Source of the DNA: Octopus sinensis
Taxonomy: Eukaryota
NCBI RefSeq assembly: GCF_006345805.1
Contig: NC_043002.1
Coordinates: 30,008,001-30,072,000 of the forward strand
Direction: 5' to 3'
DNA length: 64,000 nt
Notes under the pieces: generated by a model
Seen by the model: the letters and a program-made list of their open reading frames with translations, nothing else
What the model was told of the DNA's origin: nothing
The model's database searches: none
Program-made: the position numbers and the translations under genes
Shown: piece by piece, positions 53,013 to 64,000 of the stretch
Position numbering within the stretch: position 1 is the stretch's first letter
Layout of the letters: every line of letters starts with the position of its first letter

Positions 53013-53798
53013 ACGAATCAGAATTATAAATCAGAATTATATTTTTCCGTATCGACTATGATAATTCGTGTGTGCAGCAATATCAAAGTATATATTTGGT
53101 GTATGAACAGAATTATTCGCAACTCGAAACACAAAATATTGCCGTTATACATCCCTCATATCACACCCTACCGACTTACATACAATGTAAATTAAGATAC
53201 AATTTGCATAGGAATACGTCCGTGATTATCAGCCGGCCTGCTCCTCCAGTGTTGGCATAAATCTAAAGAGCACCACTATCCACACCAACATATACAGTAC
53301 CCTAAAATACATCATCCCTGAGTTTATCATACATTCAGCAACTAAACATAACTGCATTTTCTGACCCACAACAAAACAAAATTTTTCGAATGTAGTTTTC
53401 ACATTTAATTAAATAAATTATTTATTTGCTGAGTCTGGAGGTAGGAACTGTCCTCACGGCCTTAGCAGACCCTCTGAACGCCATAAAAGCATGCTGCCGT
53501 TAACGATCCGTCTAAGCTATTGCAAATCAATACTTGCAAATAGGGGATTTCAGAGGACCCATGTTTTGTGAAGAAAGGAAGAAAGGTCTGGACACAATGT
53601 TTAGCGTAGGGCTTCATTTGAGTGGGAAAAAGCTGCAAGAAAAAAGGGTAATAAATGAACAGGGACTGAGTGGGTTACAAAATGCTTCAGTGGAGATGGT
53701 AGGAGACCAACGAACTCCGAGGGACAACAGCCATTATAATAACGGCAGAAAAGGCAGTCATTATATCATTAAAAAATAGTAGTTGTAGTAGTAGTAGT

Positions 53799-53833
<35 letters not shown>

Positions 53834-53954
53834 TAGTAGTAGCAGCAGCAGCAGCGGTGGTGGTGGGAGTGGAAGCTGTGGCGGCGGCGACAGTAGTGGC
53901 GGTGGTGGTGATGGTAGCAGCTGCAGTAGTAGTAATTGTAGCATTCGTAATTAA

Positions 53955-53986
<32 letters not shown>

Positions 53987-54196
53987 TAGTAGTAGTAGCA
54001 GCAGAAGCAGCAGTACTTACCACCATCATCATCATCATCATCATCAACCCTATCATCAGTAATAGTAGTAGTAGTAGTATTAGTGGTTGTAACTGCAAAT
54101 TTACATTCTTACCAAACATTTTCCTAAAGCTCTACTAATGCTAAATTTGACAGTGAACAACGTTTAATATGAAAGCGATTTTAAAGATGATGCTAA

Positions 54197-54243
<47 letters not shown>

Positions 54244-54703
54244 AACTCGCTCTTTCTCCCTTTATCAATCTATCTGTCTATCTCTCTATCTTTTCCTTCT
54301 TTATCTCCCTCTCTTACACAAACACACAAACATACGCACGCTTACGAAGACACATGCTAATCACACATTCACATATAGATGTATGCAAATTGAATGTATG
54401 CCGCAGAGAACACACTTTCGTAGCGAATGTTTGTCTTACACAGGAACACAGCCTTGTCTTTTTAAAGCATGATTAATGGTAATTTTCCCATGGGTAGCAT
54501 CAGATTTGTGAGTACCAGCGGCAGATTACAAAACCAGTATTTCTTGGCTTGTTTCTCGGCTTCAGCCTTTCAGTAATGTGTAATACTGACTTTCGTTTAA
54601 GCTTTGTTTGGTGTAAATGTTATTGCTCCAACATTTATACATATTTAACCTCATGTGAAGGCTGTTGAATGATTAATTGGCATGTGTATATGTGAGAGAG
54701 CGG

Positions 54704-54748
<45 letters not shown>

Positions 54749-55087
54749 TTTGTGTGTGTGTGTTTGTGTGTAAGCGTGCGATAAGATATGCGTTGTAGCA
54801 ACGAACGGATTTCATACTACTCTAGAATGCTTAATAGTTATATGAGAAATTAATGATGATTCTGGACATTCTATATTAATACACACAAACACGTATCATT
54901 CGATGTATGTACACATATGTGTGTGTGTCTGTTTCTGTGTATGTGTGCGCGTGTGCATGTGTCTGTAAGCATGTATCTTTGTACGTACATACACACAAAA
55001 ACACACACTCATGTCAATGCATGTATATACATATATGTGTGTTTGTCTACCTATTTATATATATATATATGTATAGGAATAAATACA

Positions 55088-55137
<50 letters not shown>

Positions 55138-55339
55138 AGCATGCATACGTATATATATACATTGTACTAACACGCAAATCACGCCTTCTTTTATTAGACA
55201 TTAGTTCTTTTAATATTGGTTTCGAATTTTGGCACAAGCACAGAAATCTCAGAGGAGGATGTAATTCGTCTGTGTTGACCTCAGCGCTCGACTGTTACTT
55301 ATTTTATCGACCCCGAAACAACGAAAAGCAAAGTGTTCA

Positions 55340-55700
55340 GGACCGTGTCGAGAACATCACAAAAATTATTATGCAGTAACTGAGCATTTTAGACCCCCGC
55401 ACTATACGTCCCCTGAAGAAATCGAGTTCACATCACATAAGAACATTGTCACACTACTTTTTACCTCAAATGGTTCTGCATTATTCAACGTTATTTCGAG
55501 AGAAATTAAATTAGAAAAAGACCACACAACATTCAAACGCTACTTGTACTCATCCCTCTAAGAAGTACCAGACAAACCGCCAACCCCCGGATACGGAGTG
55601 ATCCATGGTGTCCCGAAACATGACTTAAAAGACATCTCCACGAAGCGCTATTAAATTAGTTATGGCCTGGGCCGATACTAGCCGGAACCAATCTAAGTTA
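55340..55700 (+). mobile_element. 3' end of a CR1/L2-group LINE
   Basis: FTSNGSALFNVISREIKLEKDHTTFKRYLYSSL*EVPDKPPTPGY, typical LFN.LP..I....FK..LD..L..VPD.P..PGY terminus. Confidence 0.65.
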
Positions 55701-56329
55701 AATTATCTATATATCCTTTAAAAATCTTGATGATTTACTAAATATAAAGATCTAATATTTTCCTTCGTTTCTTAAAATTGTTCTTACAGTTACTTCGTAG
55801 ATATTTGTCAATTTCGTAATTTCCGTTCATAACTTTTCTATTTAAAACTGATTTGTTATATTAATTTTCGTTTCGATATGAATCGACGCCTTATTCGTGG
55901 AACCAAAACATTGTTATATTTAAGGATGGTCTTTTTTTTTCTTTTCCAAATGAATACACCTATTAAACAATTGTTTTCCCTTAAGTTTTATAACTGTTTA
56001 TATTTTACTGTCCTTTGTCTGGAAATCTTTCGCCACACATCTTCTGACCTCTTCAGCGACTCTCCATCCTGCGTATTTCCTCTTGTTCTGTTTAGTCCAA
56101 TCTGTCTAAACAAAAAGAAAATAAGAATTTGCCAACAACAAAAACTGAGCTTAAAGAAACTTGACGAAATGAGTAGTGTGTAAATCATGGGAAAACTATG
56201 TGCATATGTGCATATGCATACTTATATATATGCATACATGCATAATACATACATATATATACGTGTATACGTGCCTATGTGTGTGTGTGCGTGTTTTTAT
56301 ACACATATATATATATATGTATATAAGCG

Positions 56330-56608
56330 CTTGCGTACCCCGGTTCAGCCGGATCACAGTCTTTAAATCACTTAAACTCAACATTTTTCTTCCGGACATT
56401 TTATCATGTTATACCTTTAATCCCTACACCACTTTCTTCTCTCTCATCGTTTTTTCGTCCTCTATTTTTTTTCCACCACTCATTTTTGTCTGTCGAAGAG
56501 CGTAGCTCGAAACGTCAAAAATGTTTCCATTCTTCTCGAGTGTCAAACTAGTGCACCAGTTTATTATCTCTTCACCTGCCTTCCTCGTTTGTTTTCTATA
56601 AATTTGAA

Positions 56609-56610
<2 letters not shown>
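56330..56610 (+). mobile_element. Penelope-like terminal repeat fragment abutting (TA)n
   Basis: GTCGAAGAGCGTAGCTCGAAACGTC motif (degenerate minimal hammerhead pattern); family assignment is inference. Confidence 0.4.
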
Positions 56611-56664
<54 letters not shown>

Positions 56665-56817
56665 TGTGAGAGTGAGTATGTGTGTATGTGTATGTATATA
56701 TGTGTATATATAAATATGTATATGTATACATAATATATAATCGTGTATATATATATATATATATACAAACTCATATATGCGCATAATTTACATAATATAT
56801 GCATACATATATTATAA

Positions 56818-56864
<47 letters not shown>

Positions 56865-57027
56865 GACAGGGACTACATACGTAAAAATTAATGTAGTACA
56901 CACAAATATATATACATATATATACATATATATACAATTATAATATATGCATATATATATTATATGTATATACGAATATATATGCGTATATATATATATA
57001 TATGTCTGTGTCTACGAATATATATAT

Positions 57028-57116
<89 letters not shown>

Positions 57117-58008
57117 ATGTATGCATATATATTCAAGAAGAAAGATTGGATGATAAAAATAATAAGAGGCCACAGAGAGTATGGTATATACACTTATATA
57201 AGCAGAGATGTTATGAATAAGCTTACGATAGGGAAGAAAACGAGGGATATATACATATAAATCGAATGAGGGCAGATGGCTAATGTATGATGTAGATGTA
57301 GACAGATAGGGAGAGCTTTGGCCTTGTGAGACATACGTACATACAGACATTCAAGCATTGTAAACTGACAATTGTAACAGCCAGGTAGAAAAAAATGCTT
57401 CTTTTTGTTGTGGTCGCTCTTGTTTTTTTTCTTTATTTTATTATTTAGTATCTTTTTTTTTTGTTTTTTGCATACACCAAGAGATTGCACTCAATGACTG
57501 CTTGGTGCATATTATAGCAATGATCGCATAATGCAGATGCAACCAAATGTGTATTTGCAGCCAGCCTGCAGCTATATGTCCCTCAGTAAAGGAATGTTGG
57601 AAATACCGCAGATATACAAGTTGATGAGCAGATGAATGAAAAGAGGTGCAGATACATAGATTAATTAACCTCAGAGATAATCCGCTCATAACTTTCCATA
57701 TTATCCCCTGCTCTCTCTGTCTCTCTTCCCTTCCCTCCCTCTCCCCATCTCTCTCTCTTCCCTTAACTTTTCTCTCCTCATCTCTCTCTCTTCCCTTCCC
57801 CCTCATTCAGCTCTCCCATATATACGATTTACTTCAAACACATACTTACATAACACAAAGACAGAGATAAACACTAGTGCATAGACACATACATATGCAG
57901 ACACGTATACACTCATCATTTTTGTTCTCCATCGTCCTACTTTTCCCCAAATCCCTTACACAATAAGCACATGTATAGACTAGCCACTTACATACACATA
58001 CAACTACA

Positions 58009-58104
<96 letters not shown>

Positions 58105-58212
58105 CAGACAATGGAATGAATTCCTCTTACATATACGACTCATCTATTTCCCTCTCTCGCTGGTACAGGCAGACACATTTATATGTTTACGTAAGTGTAT
58201 ATATATATATAT

Positions 58213-58260
<48 letters not shown>

Positions 58261-58411
58261 TGTTTGTGTGTGTGCTTGTGTGTGCATGTACTTAAGGGAA
58301 TACCTTTAGACAGTCATGTATGTTTAGACTCTCCCGACCTACAAAATTATTTGTCTTCCTCTTTCTCAAATACTATATTATCTATCTTTCCATCTTTCTT
58401 AAGATATGTAT

Positions 58412-58466
<55 letters not shown>

Positions 58467-58812
58467 AGCATATATATACATAAACATATATATATATATA
58501 CATATATACATATATATATAATCCTTTTATCTCGTACCAGCATCTATTTAGTGACGTCATCATTTTATCTTGAACTTGATGACTTCAACTGAGACTTACC
58601 ACACTCACCTATATCTTATTTTTCTCTCTCTGTTACACACACACGCACACACACACATATATACACATAGACACACATTCACACACACAGAGAAGTATGT
58701 TCCTATTACGCAACAAATACATCCAAGTCACTTCATCGGTGACGTATACACACACAAACATAGATACGTACAAATATATATATATATATATGTGTATATA
58801 TATATATTATAT

Positions 58813-58843
<31 letters not shown>

Positions 58844-58960
58844 TATATATTAATATATATATATTATATATATGTGTGTGTGTACATGTATATACATATA
58901 TATCTATGCATATATATGTATATGTTGACTACATATATAAGCATTATAGAGAGATAAACA
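56600..58960. repeat. TA/CA/TC microsatellite field with short unique islands
   Basis: Direct reading. Confidence 0.85.
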
Positions 58961-59277
58961 GATTGATATGTGCATATATATGAATAGACGATATACAATA
59001 AGTGAGGTGAACGACAGAGAGAGAATGAGAGAGAGAGAGAGAAAGACACTGAGAGAGAGAGACACAGAGTTGAACTGTAGATGTAACCATTGTGTTCCAG
59101 TTATCTGATGTCCAGTTTTCTTTCATTGTATGAATTTATGAATACTCAATCGCATTGTATAATGCCAAGAATACAAACTACTTTCAAGTTTTGGAAAAAG
59201 GTCAACAAATTTCGGATAGATAGATTACCCAAATACTAATTTTTGTGCTCCATTATTCTTAAAATCCTCCTCGAATT

Positions 59278-59590
59278 TATAGCGTCACATTTTTGTGTCA
59301 TCTCCAGCGTGTCACATCTTGTGCCACCTCCATCATGCCACATTTATTGTTTTACATGTTAGTGCTACATTTTCAGTATCACATTTTTACGTAAGGTACC
59401 CTACTTATAGTTTCTCACTTATAAAGCTTCATATACAATACCGTATTTCTCATGCAGTATAGCATCATATTTCTAGTACCGCATTTAAAGTGGGATATTT
59501 ATAGTGTCCAAATCATTGCGTCACATATACATTGACTCGTTTTTAGTGCGAAATTTATTGTCTGTATTTATATAGCGTCACATTATAATT
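59278..59590. repeat. Cryptic degenerate minisatellite, consensus about TAGYGTCACATTT
   Basis: Recurrent ATAGCGTCACATTT, GTGTCACATCTT, ATGCCACATTT, AGTATCACATTT, ATAGCGTCACATTAT. Confidence 0.55.
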
Positions 59591-61879
59591 CACGTATAAG
59601 ATATAGCAGCAGTCTACATCTAAAGATCAAATACTTTCTATGTGTGAATAGTTTTATATAAAATAAATCGGGAAAATTGGGATTTAATAAAAAGTGTTTG
59701 TTTTAGCTTATACAATTCAAATGTTGTAAGCCAATGTTCTACTTCTTGTAAATTGGAAGCCTCTTCTATCTTATTTACATAATGTTAGATAAAATATTGT
59801 CCGAGGAAATTTGAATCAGTAAAACGATGCAGTCACGATAGCAATATTTTAACTGGGTTTCAACCGATTTCCGCGTTACTGATCACATTAAAGATCCCTT
59901 AGTGCCGTTAACTTAACAGTGTGCGGAGCCCAAAGCTTAGAGCGGTAGTCTACATGACAGAACAAAAATCCCCTACACAAACACAGCATTGTTGTTGCCC
60001 TTTCTTTCTATATGAATTCAGAAACTATCTCGATATTGTCTGCATGTTGTTACCATCTTAGTAAATACGTGCAGGAAACTTGTTTATTTTTGGATATTTT
60101 GACAGAAATTTAAAGAGTTTTTTTTTTTTTGTAATATAGATTTGGAAGGATTTTAAGAAGAATGGAAATAAATTCTAGGAAAATAAATCAATCAAATAAA
60201 TATAGGGAAAAAATCGCATTAAAACTATTTCGCCTCATTACTATAAACACTAAAGGTAATTGAACAAAAATCATTTTAAGTTACTTATTAATTAATATAA
60301 CATGGCTTGTGTACAATGATAAGATAACATCCATAATGGCATTATATCAATATAGAAAAAAAGTCACGATTTATTTAATATTTTAAAACAATGAAGTAAA
60401 AAATATTTACCATTCACCTTGTCACTTATTGAAGTTTTCCTTTGAATATTTTAGGAATTTTTTCCTTGATCCAATTTGAATATGTACTGAAATTTAAGTT
60501 AGTAATAATGTTAAGTGAGAATGAGAGTGAAAGAGAGTAAAAGAATGAGAGTGAAAGAGAAAAAGATTTAAAAGAAAAATCAAGTGGATGAGACGGAAAA
60601 TGAGCGATCCACTTTCTTTACAGTCTCCATAGCTGGAGGATATCAATAATTGGAATAAGTATAATACAGTTAATGTTCAATCACGCCTATTACAAGGTAA
60701 TGGTGAAATAGAAAATATAAACATTGTTGAATAAAACCATGTTTAATCCTATTTTTGTTTTTGGTATGTGATGTAACATATTTCTTGTATATTCATTACG
60801 GTATCTTTAGAATGAGACACGGAAGGTGTAAAGGCATAATGAGTTGTGGATGTATTGAGCTATTTTTTTTCTAGGGTAGTTTTGAGTAAGAATTTTTAAA
60901 TGATCACCAATCGGTTATAATAGTGTGGGAAAACACAAACAAATGAAACATCAATGAATTTATCCATTGTTTTAAATAAAATAATAGAGAAATGACCTTT
61001 TAGTAATCATGCAACAGTAAATAAAAACAAATAGTTGATTGATTCATGAGTAAATATGCATATCAAAAGATCCAATATTCATATTCAAAGAGAATGTTAT
61101 TTTAAAAAACATATACTGATGTATCCCAAACAAATTACATACAAATTAACCACCTTACAAATATACAGACCATAAAATACATTCATCTTTACCGCAACCG
61201 TGTGAACGATATATTTTCACTGGCATTTATAATTAAGATGATGAGGAAATAATTAACCTTGACACTTACGTTATCATGTATTCAACATTTTGTTCAGGGA
61301 TTATTATGAGAAGTAACATATCACCGTAAGATTATTGTTAATTTCCCTCTATCTTAAGAAAAGATTTCGTATCCTGCATATCCATATGCAATTCAAATTC
61401 ACAGAAGTGAACTGATGTCATACTTAGCACTCCTAAATTACTCATTGGCAATTTCCGTATTCCGAAATAAACTAGTAGCTAAAGGTTTAAAATATATCCA
61501 TGCAAACTTCATAGGACATTCCCTTGTTGCTAAATATATATTATCTAGATGATTTAGAAATGGGGTAACTCCAGCACGTAGTACATAAATGCAGTCATTA
61601 ATTTCGTGTGCTGGTGTACACACTTGATCAAGAGCACAAGATTGTGTTTCAGTCAAACACAAAATTAAGATATCTCTGGTTGTGATGCTATCAGTTGAAA
61701 ATAAAGCAATGGAGAAGTAAAAGAATTTACTACTTATATAAGAGAAGTAAAGTATAAAAATTGTATCGACTAGAAACAGGAGGAGCAGAAATACAGAAAT
61801 ATTTCATACAGCCATTTTGTTGTAGTGTGGTAGTAGTGATGCAATGTACAGCGCGCCATCGCTACTACACGCAAAACAT

Positions 61880-62065
61880 ATATATATGCATTTATGTGGT
61901 ATGTATGCATGCATGTATATAACAGTATATGCATTACCTTATTATCTAATATATGCATATATGCATCTATTGAAAATGCATGTGTTACACAATACAGACA
62001 TATATATGAGCATATAAATTTATATATGTATGTATATACATATATATACATATATACATGTGTGT

Positions 62066-62101
<36 letters not shown>

Positions 62102-62355
62102 CATGCATATATATCCATACCTACATATATGCATCATATATACATACATATTGACATGTAAATATGTTTTTCTTATATATTTCTATAATCCGCGCATGTT
62201 TATAGTACATACGTGCGAGTATATATACGCATATATGCGTGTGCATGCGTGTATTTATCTATCGCTCTCTCAATCTCTCATTCTTAATCTCTCCTCCTTT
62301 TTCTTTCTGTATATATGTATATATATATATAAATATAATTAAATATATATATATA

Positions 62356-62413
<58 letters not shown>

Positions 62414-63018
62414 ATATAATATTATATATATATATATATATAATATTATATATATATATATAATATATATAATATGTATATATGTATATATATGTATATT
62501 TCTGTGCATGTATATTTGCATACATATCTGATTATATATAACAAATAATGCTGTATAAATATATGTGTGTCTGCGTGTGTACATCCTGGCGTGCGCTTGT
62601 ATTCATACATAAAGACCTATACACATTTACAGTTATCGCATTTTGTTTGTCCAAGTTGCATGCCAGCCTGTGAACAATAGCAACGGTCAACAATACGTTC
62701 AGTGACCCTACATGGCAACATCTCACTCTGTTGTCCTTTCATCGTGGTCATTTACTTCGCTTCTCTGCAGAAGCTTCCACTGCCTTAGGCTCCTTTATTC
62801 GGTCATTGATTTGTGAACGGAGGGCTCTGGAATGGACGGGGCTGATTTTCTGGCAAGCTATACAATAGAACCTACATTGTTGCAAGCACATCTCTATTAC
62901 ACACCAGTTGTTATGCATGATGCGTGTATGTATGTATGTATTAATGTATGCACCCATATATATATTCATGGACATATATATATATATATATGCTTATATA
63001 TTTCCGTGTATGTGTATG

Positions 63019-63054
<36 letters not shown>

Positions 63055-63115
63055 CAAACACATACACGCACACACACATATATATATATACATATAAATA
63101 TTCATACATATATAG

Positions 63116-63205
<90 letters not shown>

Positions 63206-63612
63206 CTATATATCTATATATACATAGAAACACACAGGCACAAATATGAATGCATATAAATGTACCTGATATCTTATATAAATGTTTATATTCAAATTTA
63301 TACATATATACACACAAAAACGTATGTATATACATATGGCAGAGCCAAATCGAATACATATCTTTTTGACCAAATGTTAGAATATATATATATATATATG
63401 TATATGCATACAGACGTACATTACATACATATATATGCATATTTATATGTATGTAAATGTATATGTATAAATATATGTTTATATATGTATATTTATGCCC
63501 ATATATGTATATATATTATATATATATTTACATGTATGTGTTTGTGTGCGTGTATATACATAGCTATATCTATATGTCTATCATTCTATCTATCTACCTA
63601 TGAATCTATGTA

Positions 63613-63687
<75 letters not shown>

Positions 63688-63690
63688 GCA
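61880..63690. repeat. TA/CA/TG microsatellite field
   Basis: Direct reading. Confidence 0.85.
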
Positions 63691-64000
63691 AATGTTCATT
63701 GATATGTCCGTCCGTATGCGAATGTGCATCTATGTTTGTATCTATATATGTGTTTGTTGTGCAATTCTTGAGCTATATATGAACAAATATTTGTTCCTAG
63801 TTTTTATCCAGCAAATGGCTTTCTTACCATTTGAATGTTTTATTTTATGTATTTTGGTATGTGATGTTATATTTTTGTGTCTCCATCTTTACATGTTTGT
63901 CGCTGCACACACACATACACACACATATTTATATATGTATTTATTAGATATATGTGTGTGTAAATGTGTGCAAGTATATGTATTTCTATACGCGTATGTA

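Noticed and set aside
53534-53779. 81-aa ORF as a host exon or RTE 3' end
   Set aside because: No recognisable domain or splice signals; the resemblance to an RTE C-terminus is too weak

Overview
Eukaryotic, AT-rich, microsatellite-saturated non-coding DNA. The repeat families look like those of Octopus (inference from recognition, not a database search). The window is probably a large intron or gene desert: I found no intact host exon, rRNA, tRNA gene or CRISPR array, and almost all supplied ORFs are translations of simple repeats. Recognisable content: (1) over 20 copies of at least three tRNA-derived SINE families, four with clean 11-16 bp target-site duplications (TSDs); (2) about a dozen 5'-truncated or decayed R4/Dong-type non-LTR elements (RT, CCHC knuckle, restriction-like endonuclease), mostly embedded in (TAA)n and clustered at 22.6-28.1 kb and 49.2-53.0 kb; (3) a decayed PIF1 helicase (Helitron-like), a decayed Chapaev3-like DDE transposase, a mariner-derived MITE, and RTE-like and CR1/L2-group fragments; (4) two long fold-back palindromes inserted in (TA)n; (5) three near-identical local tandem duplications that may be assembly artefacts, plus a 100-N gap. 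The most interesting signal is a set of dispersed type I hammerhead-ribozyme-like motifs with palindromic stem III, carried by short microsatellite-flanked elements (best at 33694-33789, sister copy at 6833-6941). These resemble Penelope-like-element ribozymes. All calls are by eye, and coordinates of decayed elements are approximate.
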